From: an uncultured bacterium
GTDB lineage: Bacteria; Acidobacteriota; HRBIN11; JAKEFK01
Length of the DNA stretch: 64,000 nt
Direction: 5' to 3'
Assembly: GCA_963843285.1 (NCBI GenBank)
Contig: CAWJJO010000012.1
Location: forward strand, 140,399 to 204,398
Of this stretch, positions 8,847 to 18,143 are shown piece after piece (positions within the stretch are counted from its first letter, which is position 1; the number at the start of each line of letters is the position of its first letter). A model generated the notes under the pieces. That model was not told the origin of the DNA. It did no database searches and saw only the letters and a program-made list of their open reading frames with translations. Both the position numbers and the translations under genes were made by a program.

Positions 8847-10228
8847 ATCCCCCGTCATCCAATTCCAAGATTGTGATCATCGGTATGGGCGCCTGCGGAC
8901 TTGGAGCTGCATGGAGGCTGCAGGAGCTCGGCCACGATTCTTTCAAGATTTTTGAAAGGAAACCTTATCCCGGTGGTCTGGCTTCTTCTGTAACAGATAA
9001 GAACGGCTTCACCTGGGACATTGGCGGTCATGTTCAGTTTTCGCATTACAGATACTTTGATGAGTTGATGGATTCGCTCATGGGGGAAGAATGGGTCTAT
9101 CACGAAAGAAGCTCCTGGATTTGGATCAAAGAGCGGTTCGTGCCTTATCCATTCCAAAACAACATCAGATATTTGCCGCGCGAAGACATCTGGAGTTGTC
9201 TATCCGGATTAATCGATTTATATCGGGAGCCGGCCTCCCAACCACACAATTTTCGGGAATGGATTCTCACAGTTTTCGGTAAAGGGATTGGCGAAGCCTT
9301 TATGATCCCTTACAACAAGAAGGTTTGGGCCTATGACCCGGAAAAACTCTCGTATAGCTGGATTGGCGACCGTGTCGCCACGGTCGATTTGGCCAGGATT
9401 TTGAAAAATATTGTATTTGAAAGAGACGACATTTCCTGGGGACCCAATAACCGTTTTCGCTTCCCTCTCAAGGGCGGAACGGGAGAAATTTGGAGAAGGT
9501 TATTTCAGCGTCTGGATTCTCAAAAAACTTTTCTCAATTGCGAATTGGAGGAAGTGAATACACGTAATAAGTACATCATGTTCTCCAATGGACAAAAGGA
9601 GCCTTACGATGTTCTGATCAGCACGATTCCGCTGGATCAACTCATTCTCTTATCAGATTTCAACGACAAGTCATACGCCAAAATGCTCCTGCACTCTTCA
9701 ACGAATATCGTTGGCGTCGGGTTAAAAGGCCAGCCGCCCGAACATCTAAAAACTAAATGCTGGATGTACTTTCCCGAATCCAACTGCCCTTATTACCGGG
9801 TTACCGTGTTCTCAAAATATTCTCCTTGCAATACTCCTGATCCGAACAGGTACTGGTCCTTGATGGCGGAAGTATCCGAATCTTCGGACAAGAAAGTGGA
9901 TCATGAATCGCTTTGCGCTGAGGTAGTGCAAGGAATGTTGCATACAAAATTGATCGAATCGCGAGAGGACATTGTCGACCTTTGGTATCATTTTGAACCC
10001 TACGGTTATCCCACGCCTTCTCTAGAAAGGGACGAGGCTCTGAAGGTGTTGAGAGCATTCGAGGAATGCAGCGTCTATTCGCGCGGCCGTTTTGGCGGTT
10101 GGAAATACGAGGTATCTAACCAGGATCATTCCTTAATGCAGGGTGTGGAGCTCATCAATCGACTCATTCTTCAGGAAAAAGAACTCACACTCTGGAATCC
10201 CCATGTAGCGAACCAGAGTGTTCGTTAG
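8843..10228 (+). CDS. glf: UDP-galactopyranose mutase, eukaryotic-type (FAD-dependent)
   Basis: By eye it matches motif after motif of fungal/protozoan UGM as I recall it. These are IGMGACGLGAA, PGGLASS, GGHVQFSHYRYFDE, VPYPFQNNIRYLP, WGPNNRFRFPLKGGTGEIW, CWMYFPESNCPYYRVTVFSKYSP, YWSLMAEVSESS, YGYPTPSLERD and SRGRFGGWKYEVSNQDHSLMQGVE. The start at MNPPSS (8843) is preferred over the ORF-track 8777. Confidence 0.85.
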   Translation: MNPPSSNSKIVIIGMGACGLGAAWRLQELGHDSFKIFERKPYPGGLASSVTDKNGFTWDIGGHVQFSHYRYFDELMDSLMGEEWVYHERSSWIWIKERFVPYPFQNNIRYLPREDIWSCLSGLIDLYREPASQPHNFREWILTVFGKGIGEAFMIPYNKKVWAYDPEKLSYSWIGDRVATVDLARILKNIVFERDDISWGPNNRFRFPLKGGTGEIWRRLFQRLDSQKTFLNCELEEVNTRNKYIMFSNGQKEPYDVLISTIPLDQLILLSDFNDKSYAKMLLHSSTNIVGVGLKGQPPEHLKTKCWMYFPESNCPYYRVTVFSKYSPCNTPDPNRYWSLMAEVSESSDKKVDHESLCAEVVQGMLHTKLIESREDIVDLWYHFEPYGYPTPSLERDEALKVLRAFEECSVYSRGRFGGWKYEVSNQDHSLMQGVELINRLILQEKELTLWNPHVANQSVR

Positions 10229-10242
10229 TTACCATCTGATCG

Positions 10243-10442
10243 CTAGTGCACTGTAACACATGGTTATTTTAGTGTTCCATTTCCGGCAAACGGTTTTGTA
10301 ACGCCGGCGTCCCCGCCGGCCCATTCACCTGTCCTCATCGAGATCTGCCGGCGAGACGCCGGCGCTACAAACCGAATGGCCTGCTCCTCAACTTTCAGAA
10401 TCTTTCTCAATCACTTTCGAACCTTGTGTTACAGTGCGCTAG
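10243..10442. repeat. MITE-like 200-bp palindromic element filling the gap between convergent genes
   Basis: Terminal 18-nt inverted repeats with one mismatch: ctagtgcactgtaacaca (10243-10260) and tgtgttacagtgcgctag (10425-10442). The inner inverted pair is cggttttgtaacgccggcgtccccgccggc (10291-10320) and gccggcgagacgccggcgctacaaaccg (10347-10374). That inner pair shares the core of the 2559-2719 element. Confidence 0.75.
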
Positions 10443-10458
10443 GCACAAGATAGCCCGG

Positions 10459-12063
10459 TTAAAACTTTTGGTCCATGTAAAATGCGGAATGTCTATCGTA
10501 AACGTCTTCAAGGTTATAACGATGGATCTTTCCTCCCTTCAGGCCTAGCACCACCGTTCTTTCAGGAATGAGACTTTTTTTCCGTTTCAAGTCTCCATAA
10601 AAGCGGCCATGAAAGTCAATGACTTCGATGGATGGATCTCGATGGACGTAGCGCAGGAAGTTCTTCCCCCGAAAAGCAGCCGAATCAATACCACGATACA
10701 GCGACGCCCCGGCTTCCACCCCATCAAAAACAAAAAGCGCGTTATTCGGCGGCTTTATCAACTCCTGCTGAACGTAAGAAAGCATCAGCCTCACGGTATC
10801 ACCTCGCTGTACCAGAGCGTTGGATCCGGAAAGGACAGGCGCTCTGAGCCCACTCCCCAAGAAAAGGTTGAAAGAGATAAAGTTTGAAAGGTATATCAGT
10901 ACGAGTGACACTCCGAAAATGGCCCCGATAGTTTTTCGTGATAAGAAAATTTCAAACGCAAGATTGAGAAACAGGACAACTACAAGAATAAAGGCAATGT
11001 AAGAATAAATTAGATAATACCGATATGCGTGGTTCGGCAGGAAAAGGACCGGTATCAAGCAAATAGCTCCCCAGGAGAAGAGAAAAAGGATCAGAGGATA
11101 ATTCTCAGCGAATTTGGAACGCAACACATTGCGATCGGAAGAATTTCTCCAAACCTTTTTCCGGAGCACGATGAACAGCGTCAATCCTATCAGCAGAATC
11201 AAGGCGGCGTAGAGCCTGTTTTCATGCAGGTTCGCGAATCCAGTCAAGGCCTCCAACGTCCAGACCAGATACTTGAAAATGTTCGTAAAGACATGCATCC
11301 CCAAAACGTGAATCTTGTAAGCTTTTGTTCCAGTAGGGAGGACCCCTGTTGACAGTGCCTCGAACCGTAGAAAGGAATAAATCAGTAGTACTATGCCATG
11401 CGGCAGTATCTTTTTTGAACAAAGAATCACCTTTTTCAGGCCGGAAGAAGATTTCTCCTCAAGCATAAATACATACAGGAACAGAATGATTGGTAGTAAG
11501 ATCGGTCCTTCCTTGAACAAAATTGCCACCAGGTAACAGGATGCAGATGCCCATCCTTTGTTTTTCAGGAATAGAAGGATGGACAATAAGAAAAAAAATA
11601 CACCTCCCAGGTCATACATTCCGGCCATCCACATCAGAGTGTCCATCCAGACAGTGCTGGAGAAGACGAACCATGCTCCCGACAACCAGGCCAGGGCGAT
11701 ATTGTTTAACAGGCGAAAGGCGATTTGTTCTGCAACGATGGCCGTACAGAAAACGATCAGGAGGTCCACCATCCGGAATCCAATGGGATTTGCCCCAAAG
11801 ATTTGAGCGATGAAGTAAAAATATAATTTCCCGAGAGGCCGGTAAAATGTCTCGCCGGAATCAATGAAAAACGTTCCAAGATAATCGAAGAAGTCCATCC
11901 GCTCTTCTGTGGAGGAAAAATGATACAGGTTGACCCAGTCATCCTGAATATAGGGGTAAGAAAACGTTTTCCAGTACAAGACAAGAAGGAGCAAGAACAA
12001 AAGGAGAGGAAACACAAAAGTGGTTTTTTTTGACAAACCCACAGCCTGGAGCATCTGATTCAT
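10459..12063 (-). CDS. Polytopic membrane protein, GT-C-like (PMT_2/TMTC-like N-terminal pattern)
   Basis: 534 aa. After the first TM segment come YPYIQDDWVNLYHF and later FYRPLGKLYF. This resembles the DD...N / (W/R)PL pattern of PMT_2-type glycosyltransferases. About 11 TM segments precede a C-terminal soluble domain of about 130 aa. Confidence 0.5.
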   Translation of the reverse strand: MNQMLQAVGLSKKTTFVFPLLLFLLLLVLYWKTFSYPYIQDDWVNLYHFSSTEERMDFFDYLGTFFIDSGETFYRPLGKLYFYFIAQIFGANPIGFRMVDLLIVFCTAIVAEQIAFRLLNNIALAWLSGAWFVFSSTVWMDTLMWMAGMYDLGGVFFFLLSILLFLKNKGWASASCYLVAILFKEGPILLPIILFLYVFMLEEKSSSGLKKVILCSKKILPHGIVLLIYSFLRFEALSTGVLPTGTKAYKIHVLGMHVFTNIFKYLVWTLEALTGFANLHENRLYAALILLIGLTLFIVLRKKVWRNSSDRNVLRSKFAENYPLILFLFSWGAICLIPVLFLPNHAYRYYLIYSYIAFILVVVLFLNLAFEIFLSRKTIGAIFGVSLVLIYLSNFISFNLFLGSGLRAPVLSGSNALVQRGDTVRLMLSYVQQELIKPPNNALFVFDGVEAGASLYRGIDSAAFRGKNFLRYVHRDPSIEVIDFHGRFYGDLKRKKSLIPERTVVLGLKGGKIHRYNLEDVYDRHSAFYMDQKF

Positions 12064-12069
12064 GTGTGC

Positions 12070-13305
12070 TCAAGACTCAGTGAGTCGGTCAGAAAGGGAT
12101 CGTAGGCCCGTATCCATTTCGATCTGCTGCGGTTTTCCCTTTCCCGCAATATAAACAAGGAAGACGAGTCCCATCAACCAGACGGAGACCTGAAGCGCTT
12201 CAAAGAGAATATTGAATGGTGCGTTGAAGGATAAGAGCCTCGCGGGCGCCAAAGCCGCTGCCCAATTGATTCCGAGAATAATGCCGGCGCATACTCTGTG
12301 CGAAGCGATTGAGTTTTGCCGGGCTATTTGAAATAAAGACACCATGGGAACGATTACGAGGAAATCATCATAGAGGCGGTGGTAAATCCAGAAGCGAGCA
12401 AAATAAGCGGTAACACCCATCAATAGCCAGAGATCGCTGTCCCGGTATCGAAAAATCCAGAGCCCCATCACCATCAGCAAAAGCAAAGAGGCAGGCAAGA
12501 TCCATTGCTGAAGTTGAAGCAGAGCGAGCCAGCTGTGAACATTCGCGTATCCGCCGCGCACAGCGGCTGCGGAACCACGGGCAAGCCAATCAGAAATCAG
12601 CGACGCTAAGGCAAAGTGTTGCGGAATAATTGCAATCATCGTCAGAAACGAATACCCAATCAAAGTTAATACAAAGGGTCGCCATCTGCGAGGAACAAAC
12701 ATAAGTATCCAGAAAAAAGGAGCAGCGATTGCAGGCTTCACCAAAGCCACCAGGAAAAACAATGTGGCCAGGAGATCTCTGGCCCAGGAATCTTTCCTTT
12801 GAATCAGGAGCATAGCCGTAATCAAAAAAGGAAGGAGATGGACAATCACCTGTCCGTTGCCAATGGTAGCGCCTGTTGCATAAATCGATGGGACCAGCAG
12901 CGCAACAAACAAACGTTGCGACAAACCTTCCGCCTGGCTCTCTTTCGTCATTAAAATCATCAGCCAAATCATGGCAGCTACGCTTGTTACTGCCCAGAGC
13001 CATCTTGCATGATCCTGGGTCAACCAACCAAGCAGCGGCCATAACATCAGATAACTCGCAGGCGGGTAAATGGCGTCTTTGTCTTGATAAACCGGAAGGC
13101 CGCCAAACCAGCGCTCGACGTCGTTGTAGCGATACTTCAGGTCAATCGCGCCATCCTTGCCCTGATCAAACAGCAGTCGATGAAATTCATTTGTGAGCCT
13201 TTGCGCGCTGGCCAGAATCATCAGAAACACAGCAACCCACAGCAGGGTGTTCCTGTACCGAATCCAGAATCGTTCGATAAAGATTTCCGGCTTTTGATTG
13301 GTCAT
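12070..13305 (-). CDS. DUF2029/GT87-like polytopic membrane glycosyltransferase (paralogue 1)
   Basis: 411 aa. Motifs shared with 18144-19349 and 19524-20783: GAIDLK, IYPPASY..WPLLGWL, IGNGQ, LVKPAIAAPFFW, GYANVHSW, ARFWIYHRLYDD. Size and topology fit my recollection of GT87 (PimE-type) proteins. Confidence 0.6.
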   Translation of the reverse strand: MTNQKPEIFIERFWIRYRNTLLWVAVFLMILASAQRLTNEFHRLLFDQGKDGAIDLKYRYNDVERWFGGLPVYQDKDAIYPPASYLMLWPLLGWLTQDHARWLWAVTSVAAMIWLMILMTKESQAEGLSQRLFVALLVPSIYATGATIGNGQVIVHLLPFLITAMLLIQRKDSWARDLLATLFFLVALVKPAIAAPFFWILMFVPRRWRPFVLTLIGYSFLTMIAIIPQHFALASLISDWLARGSAAAVRGGYANVHSWLALLQLQQWILPASLLLLMVMGLWIFRYRDSDLWLLMGVTAYFARFWIYHRLYDDFLVIVPMVSLFQIARQNSIASHRVCAGIILGINWAAALAPARLLSFNAPFNILFEALQVSVWLMGLVFLVYIAGKGKPQQIEMDTGLRSLSDRLTES

Positions 13306-13430
13306 TCTAAAATTTTCTCTTGCGTCCTAATATGGATATCACTATACATCCTCATATTTCAATTCGTACCTTCATTTGTAGCTGTCAATCTTCCGCAAGT
13401 GTTATCATGGAGGCGCATCGAGGGAACAGC

Positions 13431-14942
13431 ATGCAGTTCATGAAGACGAAGGTTTGCATCATTGGTTCGGGAATTGCCGGATGTCTTTGTGCAAAGTTTC
13501 TTTCCCGCAGCACTGACGACATTCTGATCGTGGAGCGCGGCGCTCGTGTCACTCATGAATGGAGAATGAGGACGGGTCGTCACGAAGAGCCTATTCCAAC
13601 CGCCGAACATCACCATTTAGTGAAAGGACCAATCAAGAAAAACATTCAATACGTTTACGCCATGGGAGGGACTACAAATCTTTGGATAGGGCATACTCCC
13701 CGCTTCGTACCCAACGATTTTCGGACGAAAACCATGTACGGAGTCATGGAGGATTGGCCCATCAGTTACGAGGATCTTGAACCTTACTACTGTCTGGCTG
13801 AAGAAGAAATGGCAATCGCGGGAGGGGACGACAATCAAAGAATTCCCCGTTCAAGACCGTATCCTCAGTTACCTCATCCCTTCAGCCCTGCCGATCATTT
13901 TGTTCAACAATGTTTTCCGCCAGGAGATGTTGTTTCGCTTCCCCAGGCCCGTCCTACCGAGACGGTGGGCAATCGCCCCGCCTGCTGCGGGTCGGCAGTT
14001 TGCGAATTGTGTCCGGTCGACGCAAAGTATACCCCCATGAATTCACATGTTCCTGAGCTGGAAATGAACCCGGCAGTCCGTTTCTTGCCCGAAACAGTTG
14101 TACTTTCCCTGGACTCGGATGGGGCGCGGCTGGTAAAGAGCGCGCGGGCGAAAACCGGGGATGGATCAGAAATTACAATTGAAGCCAAGACTTTCGTTCT
14201 GGCAGCAAATGCCGTTGAAAATCCTGCCATTATTCTTCGGAGTTCCGGAATCAAACAACATCCGCTGGTCGGTAGGTACCTGTTTGATCACCCTGTCTTT
14301 GTGCTGACTGCCAGAATCCGTCAGGATGGATTTCCCAATTATGGTTACAGCATTTCAACTGCTGTTTGTTACCATTTTGTGGACGGTGATTTCAGAAAGA
14401 AGCGGGCTTCTGCCCTGGGCCTTGTGAAAAACAATCACAATTTGAATGATTTCGTAAGAGAAATCGCTATCAGTAAACGTTTGCATGGAACGGATTTGCG
14501 CAAACGAGTGGCGTACGAGTTTCGCAATCAAATCGGTCTGACTTTCTTGCTGGACGATATCCCGAATGCCGATAACCTCGTTCAGATCGGAAAAGCTCGC
14601 AATCCTTTGGGGATTCCGCAAACCGAAATCTATTACAACAATCCTTCGCCCTACGCAGACGAGGCGCAACGGCACATTGCTGCTGAAGCCGAACGAATTT
14701 TTGCCCCGCTAAAACTACGAGGGATCGATGCAAACGTTCGCTACTTTGGAGGGCATCTCCTCGGTACCTGTAAAATGGGAAAAGGGGACCAGAGTGTTGT
14801 CGATGCTGACCTTCGCTATCATCCTTACGATAACCTTTTCGTTCTCGGAGGCTCAGCGTTCCCTACGTATTCTGCAGCGAATCCAACTCTGACAATTGCT
14901 GCCCTTGCCGTTCGCCTCGGATCGCATCTAAGAAATGTATAG
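13431..14942 (+). CDS. GMC-family FAD oxidoreductase (paralogue of 47400-48920 and 48920-50434)
   Basis: KVCIIGSGIAGCLCAKFL...ILIVERGA Rossmann motif. The C-terminal NLFVLGGSAFPTYSAANPTLTIAALAVRL is typical of GMC C-terminal domains. Conserved CCGSAVCELCPVDAKY loop. The ATG at 13431 (GAGGGA upstream) matches the N-termini of the paralogues; the ORF track starts at 13320. Confidence 0.85.
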   Translation: MQFMKTKVCIIGSGIAGCLCAKFLSRSTDDILIVERGARVTHEWRMRTGRHEEPIPTAEHHHLVKGPIKKNIQYVYAMGGTTNLWIGHTPRFVPNDFRTKTMYGVMEDWPISYEDLEPYYCLAEEEMAIAGGDDNQRIPRSRPYPQLPHPFSPADHFVQQCFPPGDVVSLPQARPTETVGNRPACCGSAVCELCPVDAKYTPMNSHVPELEMNPAVRFLPETVVLSLDSDGARLVKSARAKTGDGSEITIEAKTFVLAANAVENPAIILRSSGIKQHPLVGRYLFDHPVFVLTARIRQDGFPNYGYSISTAVCYHFVDGDFRKKRASALGLVKNNHNLNDFVREIAISKRLHGTDLRKRVAYEFRNQIGLTFLLDDIPNADNLVQIGKARNPLGIPQTEIYYNNPSPYADEAQRHIAAEAERIFAPLKLRGIDANVRYFGGHLLGTCKMGKGDQSVVDADLRYHPYDNLFVLGGSAFPTYSAANPTLTIAALAVRLGSHLRNV

Positions 14943-15064
14943 TCACTCCAGCTCATAGCCGGGTTTCAATACATACAAAGCGGAGCGCGACGTGGATCAG
15001 CAATACGATCAGAAGGTCACGCTAGCCCATTCCGGTTTCTGAATGCGGTGTGGGCGCGATCCCC

Positions 15065-16117
15065 TCAAAGCTTATTTTTGAGACTCTCTGCTACGAGGCG
15101 ATGCCCTTTCTCATTCCAGTGAATATCGTCGGGCAGAAAATAGTCCTGCCAGTCTCGCCTCGAACGAAAAACCGGCACGAGGTTGATTACCGGAATCTGT
15201 GCTCGGCGGGCAAACGCGCCAAAGATCGTCTCATATCTCGAAGGGCTTTTGCGGCTACGAATCTGAACTGGCCATGGATACAGAACCATCTTCATTTGCG
15301 CGCCGTTAGCTGCCGCCAGGCTTTTGATTCGCAGCAGGTTTTCTTTGCATCGCTGCACTCCGCGCCGGCCATATTCTTCGAATACTCTCTTGTCCTCAGT
15401 CCATCGATCGCGAGTAGAGTAGTACCGATTTTTTTCTTCCTTCGTCCCGAAAAGGATCACTTCCCAGAATCTCTGCCTTACAGGAGGCCTTCGTCCTTCG
15501 GGTACAGAAGAACGGAAGTTTTCATTTTCCGCCAGCAGGTGATATTCAGCGATGGCTTCGTCCTCTACATCCGAAATGTCCAGAAAAACAACGATCTCAT
15601 CTGCTCGATAGCCGCTTTCAAAAAATCGTTTCAACCTGCGGTATTCCAAAAACGGCGAATAGCTGGCAACGGCCCCGTTCAGAACCTCAATCGGTCTGCC
15701 GTCCTGATTGTACCAGTCCTCAAGGTAACCCGTTACGGTGTGTTCGTAAGCAACTCCAAGCCCTTCGAGAAATGAGTCCCCAAGCGCCACAATTCTTCGA
15801 TTGCCCGAGAACTTTGCGACCTGCCGGCACACACGATCGCGGAATCCTAGCGAGTTTGTAAAGTAGGGAACGGGACGGCGGCCCCAACGCAGGGTACCGG
15901 AGACGTTCGGTCGAAATCCATGATGCAGGTAAGGATCGAAGCAGCGAAGCTTTTTTGTGTCATCCACCGGCTTTTGTGCGCCGCGAAACAGGAATCCTGC
16001 GAGAACCAGGCCGGCGATTGTTCCAGTAAGAACGGCAATTGCGGCGAACGTCCTTTTCTTTGTGCCTGACGGCGAACGGTGAGGTTCGGATGATGAAGGT
16101 GTCGAACTCTGGCTCAT
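15065..16117 (-). CDS. Membrane-anchored SGNH/GDSL-type hydrolase (possible glycan O-acyl esterase/transferase)
   Basis: The N-terminal TM segment is FAAIAVLTGTIAGLVLAGFLF. Block I is VALGDSFLEG and block V-like is DDIHWNEKGHRL. Confidence 0.6.
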   Translation of the reverse strand: MSQSSTPSSSEPHRSPSGTKKRTFAAIAVLTGTIAGLVLAGFLFRGAQKPVDDTKKLRCFDPYLHHGFRPNVSGTLRWGRRPVPYFTNSLGFRDRVCRQVAKFSGNRRIVALGDSFLEGLGVAYEHTVTGYLEDWYNQDGRPIEVLNGAVASYSPFLEYRRLKRFFESGYRADEIVVFLDISDVEDEAIAEYHLLAENENFRSSVPEGRRPPVRQRFWEVILFGTKEEKNRYYSTRDRWTEDKRVFEEYGRRGVQRCKENLLRIKSLAAANGAQMKMVLYPWPVQIRSRKSPSRYETIFGAFARRAQIPVINLVPVFRSRRDWQDYFLPDDIHWNEKGHRLVAESLKNKL

Positions 16118-16384
16118 GAGGATCGAAAGCGAACCTATTCTATGGGGCTCGCAGCGCTACTTCGAGCGGTTCCATAGCCAGGTGATGAGTAATGTATCAT
16201 GATTGCTCATTTCCCCAAAGCCAGCTTGCCCACATCAGAATGTCTGGAACCTCAGCCCTGTGGCAAAGCGATTTTCACTCTCTTGCCTCTCCTATCCTCC
16301 ATCTCTGTCACGGCAGCACCTCCCTTCGCCGGTTCCCCCTCCATACTTTAATTCCACAAGTCTTACGAACCGATCAACTCCAAT

Positions 16385-18139
16385 TTATTGGTCCCTTGGG
16401 ATGAGCAAGGAAACTTTCAGCGAGCGGAGATCCACAACAGAAGGTTTGACTTCGATCTTAATCTCGCTCACTTCTTCATAAACCCAACAGGTGAAGCGAT
16501 CAAACTTGCTATCCTGGGGGTTTCGGGGAGGATTCCAGTAAAAACAGTGATGCAGGGGGCTGGAAGAACGCGAGTCGGATCCATTCCAAGACAGTGTGAT
16601 TTGCCAGCGTTCAGCCTGAAGGGGATATCCGCTGACGCGAATGCCATAAACAAAGAGTTGTTCGGATACTTCTGAGGGTTGCTCGACAGGCACTTCTTTA
16701 AAAACAGGATCTTGCCCCAAATTCGCAAACGTCACGTGGCCCGCCTTATGTAGAATATCTAACCAATGTCCAAGGCTGTCATGAAATGAAGCTCCTCCCC
16801 TTTCAGGATAGGGAAAGATTGCCCGCTGATGTCGGGCAATCACCTGCGATGGTGGACTTCCTTTCTCAATATCCGTCTCGAACGCTGAGAACTGTCGATC
16901 CTTCAAACGCGCGTATTCAAGTCCTGTAATGGAATTTCCATAAACCACCACTACGGAAAGCAAAGCCAGAGCTAACTGAACATATTTAGCTGGAAGAAAT
17001 TCTTTGTTTCTTACGCTCGCCAGAAACATCCAGCAGAAAATCGGAGCCGCTTGCAATGCATACCGTGAAGGGAAAGTGATGTTGTACAACAGGGAGATGC
17101 TGACTGCGCTAACGAGACCGGATAGACCGATCAGGAATAGAAGTGCTGCGATTGCAAAATGCCTCGAGACCCGTTCCTTCCAGGCCAGTTTCAAGACACC
17201 AAACAGACAGATTAGAATTAGCCCAGGAACCGCCAACGATGTCAAAGGAGCCAACGCGACTGCACCGGGTCCAAGGGCCTGAGCCACAAAGCGCGCTCCC
17301 GTTGAAGCGATGCCCGGCAAGTTTGCCAGAGAACGTCCGAGCATGTTGAACATTTCACCGCTGTATTTCTGGCTGGGATGAAGTCCGCTAAAGTAGACTG
17401 GGATTAAAAGCAACGAAAGACCCCCGCTAATTTGAGCAATCCTCCCGCTCGTTCGCCCGCTGGCGGTTCCGGACTTCCAACTTCGAGTGCCGGCAAGCAA
17501 GAGCCACGCAGCGAGCCCGGGCGTATAGGCCAGTCCATTAACGCCTGACAGCGGAAGCAGCACGATCCCCATACTTGAGAACATCAAAGCCCGAGCACCT
17601 GGGTGCAAGCCATTCTTCAACATTACTGACAAGATTGCGAGCACAATGACCACAGGGATCATCTGGTTTAATTGCCAGTTCCATAGCAGATAATCGAAAT
17701 TTCCCCAATGCAACAGAAATAGCGGGAAAAACAGATCGGCGTATGTGGTAACTCCGCGGATATATGCGGAAGTTCGAAGCAGCAGTGCCGTAACGAAAAT
17801 CAGTGCAAGTGCATTCAGGAACATGCCCGATCGAAAGTCCCAGCCTGTCGCTGACAAAAGGGAAAACAAAACAATTTTGGGGAAAGGAATCCGATGGGCG
17901 TTATGCTGTTGCCACAACCAGTCGGCGTCAAACTTTATGGATCCATCCAGCAGAGGAACGAGATTCCAATCATCATAGTAAGGCAAGTTATGACTGAAAC
18001 GAGCCACATAGGCGATCAAGGCAATGCTCATCACCGCCCACACACACCAGACGACTTTGGTCGGTCGGGATATCGAGACGAACGGTTGTGGATGGATTGT
18101 TGAGGAAACAGATGAACGCGCTTGGATTTCCTGGTCCAT
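16385..18139 (-). CDS. Polytopic membrane protein, GT-C-like, with a C-terminal soluble domain
   Basis: 584 aa. The first loop carries LPYYDDWNLVPLL and WQQHNAHRIPFPK. About 11 TM segments precede a hydrophilic C-terminal region of about 170 aa. It lies 4 nt downstream of the GT87-like gene. Confidence 0.45.
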   Translation of the reverse strand: MDQEIQARSSVSSTIHPQPFVSISRPTKVVWCVWAVMSIALIAYVARFSHNLPYYDDWNLVPLLDGSIKFDADWLWQQHNAHRIPFPKIVLFSLLSATGWDFRSGMFLNALALIFVTALLLRTSAYIRGVTTYADLFFPLFLLHWGNFDYLLWNWQLNQMIPVVIVLAILSVMLKNGLHPGARALMFSSMGIVLLPLSGVNGLAYTPGLAAWLLLAGTRSWKSGTASGRTSGRIAQISGGLSLLLIPVYFSGLHPSQKYSGEMFNMLGRSLANLPGIASTGARFVAQALGPGAVALAPLTSLAVPGLILICLFGVLKLAWKERVSRHFAIAALLFLIGLSGLVSAVSISLLYNITFPSRYALQAAPIFCWMFLASVRNKEFLPAKYVQLALALLSVVVVYGNSITGLEYARLKDRQFSAFETDIEKGSPPSQVIARHQRAIFPYPERGGASFHDSLGHWLDILHKAGHVTFANLGQDPVFKEVPVEQPSEVSEQLFVYGIRVSGYPLQAERWQITLSWNGSDSRSSSPLHHCFYWNPPRNPQDSKFDRFTCWVYEEVSEIKIEVKPSVVDLRSLKVSLLIPRDQ

Positions 18140-18143
18140 CGAA

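Noticed and set aside
2532-10442. Possible CRISPR array suggested by the recurring GC-rich palindromic repeats
   Set aside because: The copies are kilobases apart, differ in length and orientation, and are not separated by uniform spacers. No cas genes are present.
15050-15775. 241-aa plus-strand ORF, and many similar 60-190-aa ORFs throughout the track (for example 3392-3835, 5808-6332, 7403-7936, 19844-20320, 20949-21494, 39785-40360, 59031-59348)
   Set aside because: They are antisense or out of frame relative to much longer ORFs that carry clear family motifs. Their composition (Arg/Ser/Pro-rich) is typical of shadow ORFs in GC-rich DNA.
16118-16384. A 267-bp gap upstream of the SGNH gene as a possible sRNA or riboswitch
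   Set aside because: I found no convincing stem architecture, conserved motif or terminator. It is most simply a promoter and 5' UTR region.
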